From: Hoyosella sp. YIM 151337
GTDB taxonomy: Bacteria; Actinomycetota; Actinomycetes; Mycobacteriales; Mycobacteriaceae
Direction of reading: 5' to 3'
DNA length: 24,000 nt
Assembly (NCBI RefSeq): GCF_026041215.1
Contig: NZ_JAPEIQ010000006.1
Coordinates: 116,146-140,145 of the forward strand
Position numbers and translations under genes: made by a program. Below the pieces are notes generated by a model. That model saw nothing but the letters and a program-made list of their open reading frames with translations. It ran no database searches and was not told where the DNA came from. Position 1 is the first letter of the stretch. Each line of letters begins with the position of its first letter. Positions 7,400 to 14,730 of the stretch are shown piece by piece.

Positions 7400-7437
7400 G
7401 CGTTGCGGGAATTTCCCTGCCCCGCAACGCGTTTTCT
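7400..7437 (+). terminator. terminator-like hairpin plus T-tract in the leader upstream of the 7484 gene
   Basis: gcgttgcggg (7400-7409) pairs with cccgcaacgc (7421-7430), followed by gttttct. No plus-strand gene lies upstream, so the function is unclear (attenuator, sRNA end or REP-like element). Confidence 0.35.
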
Positions 7438-7483
7438 CTAGAGCACTAGGAGCAACAATGGTGTTACACCTGGGGAGGCCGCG

Positions 7484-8311
7484 ATGAATGGTCTAAAAGG
7501 CAGGACGGTCACTGCCGCCATCCCGCCCGGCGCGGACTTGGTTGGTCATCTCAACCAGGCTGCCGCGAAGCACACCCTTGCGCCGTGGGTTGCCGCACTG
7601 CTGGGCGTGGCCGGTGCGGCAACGCTGCCGTGGGGCATTGGTGTCTGGCTCGCCGCGGTGCCGATTGTCTGGTGGCTCGCACTGTACGACCGGAGAAACC
7701 GAACCGTCGCCGTTCACTACGAACTCGGCGATGAGGCAGAACGCTGGTACGGGCAGCTCACCGAAGCGGTACGCCAGCTCAAACTAGGTCACCACCTGTG
7801 GCGCATCGACACAGCCGGATTCGCCGAGTCACCCTCCGCCAGCGCGGGCACCGGCATCGATACCACCCTGCCGCGCCAGCCGATCCATGTCAGCACCCGG
7901 CCCGAGTACCCACTTGTGAGCAACCTGAGGGTGCCAACATTCTCCTGCGGGACGCACACACTGTCGCTGCTGCCCGATCGCGTGCTCGCACGCGCACACA
8001 ACACGTTCTCCGACGCGACCTACGATCTCCTCACCGTGTCTGCACGCAAACTGCGCTTCACCGAACAGGAGACGCTGCCTGACAGTGCCCAGATCGTCGA
8101 CCACACGTGGCTTTACACGAACAAAGACGGCAGCCCTGACCGTCGGCGCCGCGACAACCAAGAGCTGCCTATCGTCGAATACGGGCTCGTCGAGATCAAA
8201 AGCAAGTCCGGAGCCCGATGGTGCATGCTGCTCACCGACACCAGCACAGCAGACCAGATTGTCGAACTTCTTAGCGACGCACCTCGCGACGTGTCACGCA
8301 CGCATCACTGA
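7484..8311 (+). CDS. hypothetical membrane-anchored protein (orphan)
   Basis: 275-aa ORF with GGGGAGG 6 nt upstream of the ATG. Two adjacent hydrophobic segments (residues about 33-67) are followed by a soluble C-terminal domain. I recognise no family. Confidence 0.55.
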   Translation: MNGLKGRTVTAAIPPGADLVGHLNQAAAKHTLAPWVAALLGVAGAATLPWGIGVWLAAVPIVWWLALYDRRNRTVAVHYELGDEAERWYGQLTEAVRQLKLGHHLWRIDTAGFAESPSASAGTGIDTTLPRQPIHVSTRPEYPLVSNLRVPTFSCGTHTLSLLPDRVLARAHNTFSDATYDLLTVSARKLRFTEQETLPDSAQIVDHTWLYTNKDGSPDRRRRDNQELPIVEYGLVEIKSKSGARWCMLLTDTSTADQIVELLSDAPRDVSRTHH

Positions 8312-9069
8312 CCGAAGCGCCGAGCTCCTGCAGGAGACTCACCGAACCGATCGAGATGGTCAAAGGCCGGATTCTCATCGTCGATGCCTACAACCGACCC
8401 ATCACCGGCTTCGGCTGACTCGTCACGGCGGCGCTCACCGCGCAGCCGCGCCAAACGCCGCTCACGGATATTGCGTTCGATCCTCACCTGTGTGCGCAGG
8501 TAAACGAGATACCCTGCGAGCGCAACGAACGACACGGCTGTGACGTACCAAGCGTACGAGGTGAATAGGATCGCGACCACGACACTGAGGACCACGACAG
8601 CCGCTAATGCGATCACGATGCGCTGCCGCAGCGTGTAACGCGCCGCAGCCGCAATCTCGTCGGCCTCGGGATCGTATCCGCCCCGGCCGCGTCGCGTGTG
8701 TACCTGCTCGCTCTCGAGTTCAAGTTCAGCATCGTCGGGCGTGCGGTAGCCGCTACCTGCGAACCCGCCGGTGTTGTGAGCGCGAGAATCCATCACGTCC
8801 TCCCCGTGAATTGTGTTCATCTGGGCGTCGAGGTGCGCCCTGACGTGTGCCCTGACGTGCGCACTGTCTGCAGCACCGTCAGAACTATCGCCAATCCCTG
8901 ATTGGTTTTGTCTTGCCAGGCGGAGCCGCCCCCCGCCCCGGTGCAGCAACCGTGAAGACAGCGCACGATCCCCCGCGCGGAAGATCGGTTGCCGCAGATT
9001 GACGACCATCGGAACGAGCACAAAGAGACTGAGAACGACCAGACCAAGCCACAAGAACGAATTCGGCAC
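8305..9069 (-). CDS. 3-TM membrane protein with a long cytoplasmic loop; positional equivalent of Mtb Rv0996 / corynebacterial GlpR candidate
   Basis: GTG start with AAGGAG 9 nt upstream. N-terminal TM (FLWLGLVVLSLFVLVPMVV), a loop of about 125 aa that looks disordered, then two TMs (IVIALAAVVVLSVVVAILF, AWYVTAVSFVALAGYLVYL). Sits next to moeA-rimJ. Confidence 0.6.
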   Translation of the reverse strand: MPNSFLWLGLVVLSLFVLVPMVVNLRQPIFRAGDRALSSRLLHRGGGRLRLARQNQSGIGDSSDGAADSAHVRAHVRAHLDAQMNTIHGEDVMDSRAHNTGGFAGSGYRTPDDAELELESEQVHTRRGRGGYDPEADEIAAAARYTLRQRIVIALAAVVVLSVVVAILFTSYAWYVTAVSFVALAGYLVYLRTQVRIERNIRERRLARLRGERRRDESAEAGDGSVVGIDDENPAFDHLDRFGESPAGARRFGQ

Positions 9070-9227
9070 GGGTCAGTTCTCCTTCCCTGGTGCGCAGCGG
9101 GCCAGGATCAATTCGTGATCCTGAAGCAAGGCTAGGGCGAATAACGGTAAGACAACGGAAGGCACGCCGAAGATCACGCCAGTGAGATGCGGCGATCATG
9201 TGTGAATGACCACACGCGCAACTTTAG

Positions 9228-9857
9228 TTACCACTGAGCACGGTTCTGCCGGACCAATCGCCCCACCGCGCTGTCTGGGTAGTCGTCCACGAGAATTGCG
9301 ACGAGGTGGTGGTCACGCCACTCCCCGTCCACATGCAGGTAGCGTCGCAGCAGCCCCTCATCCCGGAATCCCACCCGGCGCAACACCGCCTTGCTCGCAT
9401 CATTTTCCGGCCGAACCGTGGCTTCAAGCCGATGCAGTCCGACTGCCTGAAAGCCGTGATCCACCCCCATGGCCAATGCGGCAGTGGCAATACCCTGACC
9501 GGCAAGTTCACGAGCCACCCAGTACCCGATCCAGGCCGAACACAGAGGGCCGCGCACCACATTGCCGATCGTCAGCTGTCCACAGAACTGTCCGTCGAGT
9601 TCGATCGCGAAAGGCAGCATCATGCCCCTGCGTCCTGCGTTTCGCAGATTCATGCACACCGACGGCCAGGCTGTGGCGCGGTGCCGGGACTCCCACGTTC
9701 CAGGGCCAGATGGCTCCCACGGGCGGAGGTAGTCCTCGTCGTTCAGCCGGTAGCGGCTCCAGGTGGCCGCGTCTCGGAGCCGGACTGGGCGCAGCCGCAC
9801 TACCCCGCCGGCGACTGTCACAGGGCCAGCCGCGGCCGGCCAGCCAGGCTGGCTCAC
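9228..9857 (-). CDS. rimJ: GNAT N-acetyltransferase, RimJ/RimL family
   Basis: 209 aa with a GNAT core (IGYWVARELAGQGIATAAL...LHRLEATVRPENDASKAVLRRVGFRDEG). GTGA start/stop overlap with moeA. Synteny with Mtb Rv0995. Confidence 0.8.
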   Translation of the reverse strand: MSQPGWPAAAGPVTVAGGVVRLRPVRLRDAATWSRYRLNDEDYLRPWEPSGPGTWESRHRATAWPSVCMNLRNAGRRGMMLPFAIELDGQFCGQLTIGNVVRGPLCSAWIGYWVARELAGQGIATAALAMGVDHGFQAVGLHRLEATVRPENDASKAVLRRVGFRDEGLLRRYLHVDGEWRDHHLVAILVDDYPDSAVGRLVRQNRAQW

Positions 9858-11104
9858 CCGCGCTGCGCGAGGAACGCGACATCCACGTCCTCGCCCGCTC
9901 CGACGTGGGTCGCCTCTGGGGCTACCTGAATGAGGCAGTTCGCCTCCGCCAGGTCAGCGAGCAGGTTCGACATAGTGCCCGAACCGAGCGCCCGGACCAC
10001 GTAGTTGCCTTCGCGGTCACGCATTAGCTGGCCACGAATGAAACCCGCACGGCCCTCGATTGACGTGACGTCGTTTATCAGCGCTGCACGGACGACGCGG
10101 CGCATCGGGTTGTTCTTCCCCAGGCCCAGCCGGATCAAGGGCCGGATCATCACTTCGAAAACGACGAGCGCACTGACAGGGTTCGACGGAAGGAGAAACG
10201 TCGGCACTTTAAGATCGCCGAGCTGGCCGAATCCCTGTACCGAGCCGGGGTGCATCGCGACGCGGCCAATCTCCATATGCCCCAGATCGAGCAGCGCTTC
10301 ACGGACGATCTCGGACGCAGTGCCGCCCACAGCACCGCTGATCACGATGATCTCCGAGCGACTGACCTGACTCTCGATCGCCGCCCGAATCTCGCTGACC
10401 TCGCTGCCCGCAATTCCGGCGCGCGTAACGTCGGCCCCGGCGTCACGGGCCGCGGCTGCGAGCGCGTAAGTGTTGACGTCAAACACCTGGCCCGACGCGG
10501 GTTTACGGTCAATATCGACAAGCTCCGCCCCGACGGAAACGACCGCGACGCGCGGCCGGGGGCGCACCAGTACGCGCTGCCGTCCCACAGCGGCGAGCAG
10601 CCCGACCTGTGCGGGACCAATCACTGCACCTTCAGCCACCGCGATGTCACCGAGCCGAACGTCGTCGCCAGCACTGCGCACATAATCGCCCTGGCGCACC
10701 GAACGGTATATTTTCACCTTCGCGCGACCCGAATCGGTCCATCCGAGTGGCACCACCGCGTCCGCGAGAGTAGGCATTGGCGCACCCGTTTCGATGCGCA
10801 CAGCCTGTTTCGGCTGCAGCCGGGCCGGCTGGCGCGAGCCAGCGCGGATCTCCCCCACGACGGGGAGCGTGAAATCCGCTGGCTGCCCGAACTGTCCCTT
10901 GAAGTCCGGGCCGGCTTCCGTCACGTCAACGCTGCGAACGGCGTAACCGTCCACCGCGGCCTGGTCGAATCCCGGAAGCGGATGCTCGGACACGACCTCC
11001 TCGGCGCAGACTAGGCCGTGGGCCTGGGATATCGCTACGCGAACAGGTTGCGGCGCTACGGCGGCGGCCCGTATTCGGGCTTGCTGTTCCTCAACCGAGC
11101 GCAT
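9854..11104 (-). CDS. moeA: MoeA-type molybdopterin molybdotransferase (gephyrin E-domain homolog; Glp candidate)
   Basis: Full-length MoeA architecture recognisable (MRSVEEQQARI..., PLPGFDQAAVDGYAV, MoCF-binding domain VSVGAEL...ISGAVGG, C-terminal domain). ATG at 11104 is preceded by GAAGGAAGGGAAGGGG. An alternative GTG at 11125 overlaps the galU stop. Confidence 0.9.
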   Translation of the reverse strand: MRSVEEQQARIRAAAVAPQPVRVAISQAHGLVCAEEVVSEHPLPGFDQAAVDGYAVRSVDVTEAGPDFKGQFGQPADFTLPVVGEIRAGSRQPARLQPKQAVRIETGAPMPTLADAVVPLGWTDSGRAKVKIYRSVRQGDYVRSAGDDVRLGDIAVAEGAVIGPAQVGLLAAVGRQRVLVRPRPRVAVVSVGAELVDIDRKPASGQVFDVNTYALAAAARDAGADVTRAGIAGSEVSEIRAAIESQVSRSEIIVISGAVGGTASEIVREALLDLGHMEIGRVAMHPGSVQGFGQLGDLKVPTFLLPSNPVSALVVFEVMIRPLIRLGLGKNNPMRRVVRAALINDVTSIEGRAGFIRGQLMRDREGNYVVRALGSGTMSNLLADLAEANCLIQVAPEATHVGAGEDVDVAFLAQRG

Positions 11105-11121
11105 GAACCCCTTCCCTTCCT

Positions 11122-12090
11122 TCACCTCCCCGCTGCCGCCACTCCGCTTTCTGCGGAGCGGTCATCGCTGGGGATTGTCAGCCCAAGCCGCTCAGTGATC
11201 CACGAGCGCAACTCTGGGCCGTACTCCTTGTCGTCGAGTGCAAAGTCAACCGCAGCTTTGAGAAACCCGCCGGGATTTCCGAGGTCGTGTCGGGTGCCCT
11301 TGTGAACAAAAATATGCACCGGGTGGCCCTCTTCGACAAGCAGCGCGATCGCGTCGGTCAGCTGGAGCTCGCCGCCCGTGCCCGGCGTGATGCGCCGCAG
11401 CGCACCAAAGATCTCGCGATCGAGCAGGTATCGGCCCGCCGCTGCCAAGTTGGACGGTGCCTCATCCGCTGAGGGCTTTTCCACCATCGCGGTGACTTGC
11501 ATGACGCTATCGGCTTCAGCGGGATCGCCGGTCGGCTCGACAGCAAAGACGCCGTACGCGCTGACTTCCTGCGGATCTACCGGAATGGCGCACAGAACAC
11601 TGCCGCCATAGCGCGCACGGACGTCCGCCATCTTCGTGAGGACACCGGAGGGCAGTACGAGGTCATCAGGCAACAGAATCGCAATTTCTTCCTCATCGTC
11701 ATCCAGCGCGGCCTCCGCACACGCGATTGCGTGGCCGAGCCCGAGCGGTTCCTCCTGAACGACCGCTTCGACGTCCATAAGTGCGGGTGCGCGCCGAACC
11801 TTGTCTAGCAATGCGTGCTTGCCGCGCTCTTCGAGCGTGCCTTCAAGGAGCTCGTGCCGCACGAAATGAGCGAGAACGCCCTCCTTGCCTTCTGAGGTGA
11901 TGATCACCAATCGGCCCGCACCAGCTTCGGCCGCCTCAGTCGCGACCAACTCGATCGCTGGGGTGTCGACCAGCGGTAGTAGTTCTTTCGGTACCGTCTT
12001 TGTGACGGGGAGGAAACGTGTGCCGAGCCCGGCGGCAGGAACGATCGCCGTCCGGAACGGCGGCACCAGCTGCCCGTTGGCCTCAGTCAT
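11122..12090 (-). CDS. galU: UTP--glucose-1-phosphate uridylyltransferase
   Basis: N-terminal signature VPAAGLGTRFLPVTKTVPKELLP and VEKP motif. Synteny with Mtb Rv0993. Confidence 0.92.
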   Translation of the reverse strand: MTEANGQLVPPFRTAIVPAAGLGTRFLPVTKTVPKELLPLVDTPAIELVATEAAEAGAGRLVIITSEGKEGVLAHFVRHELLEGTLEERGKHALLDKVRRAPALMDVEAVVQEEPLGLGHAIACAEAALDDDEEEIAILLPDDLVLPSGVLTKMADVRARYGGSVLCAIPVDPQEVSAYGVFAVEPTGDPAEADSVMQVTAMVEKPSADEAPSNLAAAGRYLLDREIFGALRRITPGTGGELQLTDAIALLVEEGHPVHIFVHKGTRHDLGNPGGFLKAAVDFALDDKEYGPELRSWITERLGLTIPSDDRSAESGVAAAGR

Positions 12091-12240
12091 AGATCACCTC
12101 GTTGCTAGTTCGTGGGCCATCCAGCAGGCTCCCGCGAAGCTTGCCTGCGCAAGCGCCCGAAAACATGCTCGTGGCCAGTCCCGCAAAGCGTCTCGCACCT
12201 TGGGGGAGTTTTCAACAGGAAGACATGTGAGTATTCAGTT

Positions 12241-12933
12241 ATGAGCGATAAGGGTGAGCAGTTCGGTGCCAGTCCTGCACCGGTACAGATACCGCATTTT
12301 GCGGGAGATCAAACGCGGCTCGACTCGAAGGATAAATGGCGTGCGGCGATCCTTGCGGAACGCGCGGCGCTGAGTGGGCAAACGGCGGCTGCGGAGGCTA
12401 ACCTGCTGACTGAGCAGGTGCTGACCGCACTGGCCCTTACTGCGGCCTCGGCATCATTTGCACCAGCCAGCGCGGTAGTCGCTGCCTATGTACCGGCACG
12501 GGATGAGCCCGGCTCAATTGGGATGCTTGACGCCCTCGCTGCGGCTGGCGCACAGGTGCTGCTACCGATCACCGCGCCGGGAAACACGCTCGACTGGGGC
12601 CAATATCACCCTGAGTATCCACTCACAACCGCGCGCTACGGACTGCTCGAGCCTACCGGTCCCCGCCTCGGCGCCGCGGCACTCGGCACCGCGGACGTCA
12701 TCTTCGTACCTGCGCTCGCCGTCGACCGGCGTGGCGTTCGGCTCGGCCGCGGCGCGGGCTACTACGATCGCGCGCTGGCCGCCACCTTGGTGACCGGCTC
12801 GGTTCTTGCCATCGTCAGGGACGCAGAGTTCGTCGCGGAACTGCCGGAGTCAGCCCATGACCGGCGCGTCGACGGTGTTGTCACACCCGTTTCGGGGCTC
12901 ATGACGATCTCAAGCGACTCCAGCGGGGAATAA
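12241..12933 (+). CDS. 5-formyltetrahydrofolate cyclo-ligase
   Basis: C-terminal signature VIFVPALAVDRRGVRLGRGAGYYDRAL. Start taken at the ATG at 12241; the track ORF starts further upstream and no strong RBS is seen. Synteny with Mtb Rv0992c. Confidence 0.8.
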   Translation: MSDKGEQFGASPAPVQIPHFAGDQTRLDSKDKWRAAILAERAALSGQTAAAEANLLTEQVLTALALTAASASFAPASAVVAAYVPARDEPGSIGMLDALAAAGAQVLLPITAPGNTLDWGQYHPEYPLTTARYGLLEPTGPRLGAAALGTADVIFVPALAVDRRGVRLGRGAGYYDRALAATLVTGSVLAIVRDAEFVAELPESAHDRRVDGVVTPVSGLMTISSDSSGE

Positions 12934-12972
12934 GGCCGCCAGATGTGGGGTTCACCTCAGTAGCCTTCTCAT

Positions 12973-12999
12973 TTGGCACTCTTCACGCTAGAGTGCTAA
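12973..12999. promoter_or_regulatory. CIRCE element (HrcA operator)
   Basis: TTGGCACTC-N9-GAGTGCTAA against the consensus TTAGCACTC-N9-GAGTGCTAA: 17 of 18 positions with exact 9-nt spacing. It ends 30 nt upstream of the zinc-ribbon gene start. Confidence 0.85.
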
Positions 13000-13028
13000 G
13001 ACCTTGTTTGTGCCTTCGGAGGTGCCCT

Positions 13029-13322
13029 GTGCCGACCTACTCCTACGCCTGTACCGATTGCGGCGATAAGTTCGACATTGTGCAGTCGTTCACGGATGAT
13101 GCGCTCACCGTGTGCGGAAAGTGCGACGGTAAGCTGCGCAAACTGTTCAATACCGTGGGGATCGTGTTCAAGGGAAGCGGCTTCTACCGCACTGACAACC
13201 GCGCTTCGTCGTCATCGAGCACAGCGGCATCTTCCGACTCTTCCAGCTCCAGCTCGGCTGGTTCCAGCTCCTCGAGTTCCAGCAGCACGCCGGCGGCAAG
13301 CGCACCAGCAGCAGCGTCCTGA
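13029..13322 (+). CDS. ruc: FmdB/CxxC zinc-ribbon protein with a Ser-rich disordered tail (Rv0991c/Ruc-type chaperone)
   Basis: GTG start with GGAGG 6 nt upstream. (V)PTYSYACTDCGDKFDIVQSFTDDALTVCGKCDGKLRKLF has two CxxC pairs, followed by a tail of about 45 aa of Ser, Ala and a few Thr/Asp/Gly/Pro. CIRCE lies upstream. Synteny with Mtb Rv0991c. Confidence 0.85.
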   Translation: MPTYSYACTDCGDKFDIVQSFTDDALTVCGKCDGKLRKLFNTVGIVFKGSGFYRTDNRASSSSSTAASSDSSSSSSAGSSSSSSSSTPAASAPAAAS

Positions 13323-13323
13323 G

Positions 13324-13350
13324 TTTTCCACAGTCGGCCAGTTATCCACA
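13324..13350. promoter_or_regulatory. pair of direct DnaA-box-like 9-mers
   Basis: TTTTCCACA (13324-13332) and a perfect TTATCCACA (13342-13350) lie 18 nt apart, each followed by G. They sit in the 102-nt gap between ruc and the SAF gene. Confidence 0.3.
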
Positions 13351-13424
13351 GTTCGATGAGCGGGTCTGGTTCCTCCCTCATGTCCGCGTCTACGCTTCGG
13401 TCAATAAGGCGCTGAACAGATCAA

Positions 13425-14135
13425 GTGCGCGGCCGGGGAGGGCACGTGGGGGGACGGAAATACGAGGCAGGGCGCGAGGGCGAGGATTTCGCCTCACTGT
13501 CACCGCAAGTCCGCGACAGAGCGGTGGCGCTGGCGCAGCGGATACGGGCGCGTGCAAGCGTGCTCCGGCGAATCGCCGCAGGTCTGCTCGCCCTGGCTGG
13601 TTGTGTCGTGGCTCTGCAAGCAGGCGGTGGCAACGGCCAGGCCGTTCTCGTTGCGGCACGCGATATAGGCGCTGGTGAGGAACTCACCCCCACCGACGTG
13701 GCATCTGCGACGGTAGGCGAAGCGCCCGCCACGGCCTTGGGAGAAGCGGGGCAAGCCATCGGCCAGCGCACCGCGAGCCCTGTACGGGCGGGCGAGGTGC
13801 TCACCGATGCCCGGATACTCACGCCCCACCTCATCGGCGAAATCGCCGGCAACGCACCCGCGCGAGCCGTGCCTGTCAGGCTTGCGGATCCCGCCGTCGC
13901 AGGACTACTGCGCCCAGGCGACCGTGTTGATGTTCTCGCTGAGAGTGCGCACTCGCGCGGCGGGAGTGACGCGGACAGTGAGCCCGCTGCCCTGGCCGAG
14001 GATGCCGCAGTGTTGTTCATTGCGCACGTTTCTGAGCGGAGCGATCCACTCGTCGTGCTGGCACTGGAACCTCCTCAGGCCCTCGCCGTTGCCGCTGCGT
14101 CCATGACGAGCGCAATTACCGTCACGCTGCGCTGA
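13425..14135 (+). CDS. SAF-domain protein (CpaB/RcpC-like), N-terminal membrane anchor
   Basis: 236-aa ORF with a GTG start. Anchor segment IAAGLLALAGCVVAL is followed by a SAF-like segment VLVAARDIGAGEELTPTDV...VRAGEVLTDARIL. The start position is uncertain. Confidence 0.65.
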   Translation: MRGRGGHVGGRKYEAGREGEDFASLSPQVRDRAVALAQRIRARASVLRRIAAGLLALAGCVVALQAGGGNGQAVLVAARDIGAGEELTPTDVASATVGEAPATALGEAGQAIGQRTASPVRAGEVLTDARILTPHLIGEIAGNAPARAVPVRLADPAVAGLLRPGDRVDVLAESAHSRGGSDADSEPAALAEDAAVLFIAHVSERSDPLVVLALEPPQALAVAAASMTSAITVTLR

Positions 14136-14233
14136 AAGCAAGCGTTCTGCAGAGCGAACGGCCTTTCGCTCGTATACGATCTCGACAGTCGATGGTCGCC
14201 CGTCCATCCCTCCAGAAAGAAGGAGTCCGCCCG

Positions 14234-14653
14234 ATGCTCAAGGGTTTCCGCGATTTCTTGATGCGCGGTAACGTGCTCGACCTCGCCGTTGCGGTCGTCG
14301 TCGGTACGGCTTTCACCGCAATCGTGACGGCGTTCACGGAGAACATCATCAATCCGCTGATCGCCGCTATTGGTGCCGACCAGGACGTCGAAGGACTTGG
14401 CATCCTCCTACGGTCCGGCGCGCCCGCGACGTTCGTTGACATTGGCGCTGTTATCACCGCCGTCATCAACTTCGTGATTATCGCTGCAGTGGTGTACTTC
14501 GTGCTCATCGTGCCCTTCACTGCAGCGAAGAAGCGCTTGATCAGGGAGCAGCATGCGGAGGAAGAGGCCGGCGTGACCGACATCGAACTCCTCACGGAGA
14601 TCCGCGACCTCCTCGCCGCGCAGCGCAACGCACAGCCTCCGGCTACGTCCTGA
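14234..14653 (+). CDS. mscL: large-conductance mechanosensitive channel
   Basis: MLKGFRDFLMRGNVLDLAVAVVVGTAFTAIV... is the canonical MscL N-terminus. GAAGGAG lies upstream of the ATG at 14234. Confidence 0.93.
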   Translation: MLKGFRDFLMRGNVLDLAVAVVVGTAFTAIVTAFTENIINPLIAAIGADQDVEGLGILLRSGAPATFVDIGAVITAVINFVIIAAVVYFVLIVPFTAAKKRLIREQHAEEEAGVTDIELLTEIRDLLAAQRNAQPPATS

Positions 14654-14664
14654 CTCGAACGTGA

Positions 14665-14701
14665 TTATGGCCCTGTGCTCGCAATGAGCACAGGGCCATA
14701 A
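14665..14701. terminator. perfect 16-bp hairpin between convergent genes
   Basis: ttatggccctgtgctc - gcaat - gagcacagggccataa. Confidence 0.7.
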
Positions 14702-14730
14702 TTGTTCGTCGCAGCTGCCAGGCGGCAGGC

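Noticed and set aside
7125-8311. Possibility of an integrated mobile element at tRNA-Ala.
   Set aside because: I saw no integrase, recombinase or transposase gene and no direct repeat of the tRNA 3' end in the window. Only the single orphan gene and the hairpin elements are reported.
13421-14020. Long ORFs antisense to, or in alternate frames of, confident genes. Examples: 313..912(-), 4719..5435(+), 9206..10027(+), 10250..11014(+), 13421..14020(-), 14408..15208(-), 15111..15809(+), 19210..19761(+), 20681..21184(+), 21640..22119(-).
   Set aside because: These are typical stop-codon-poor shadow frames of high-GC DNA. Their products are Arg/Pro/Ser/Ala-rich low-complexity strings without recognisable motifs. 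Each fully overlaps a gene with clear family signatures.
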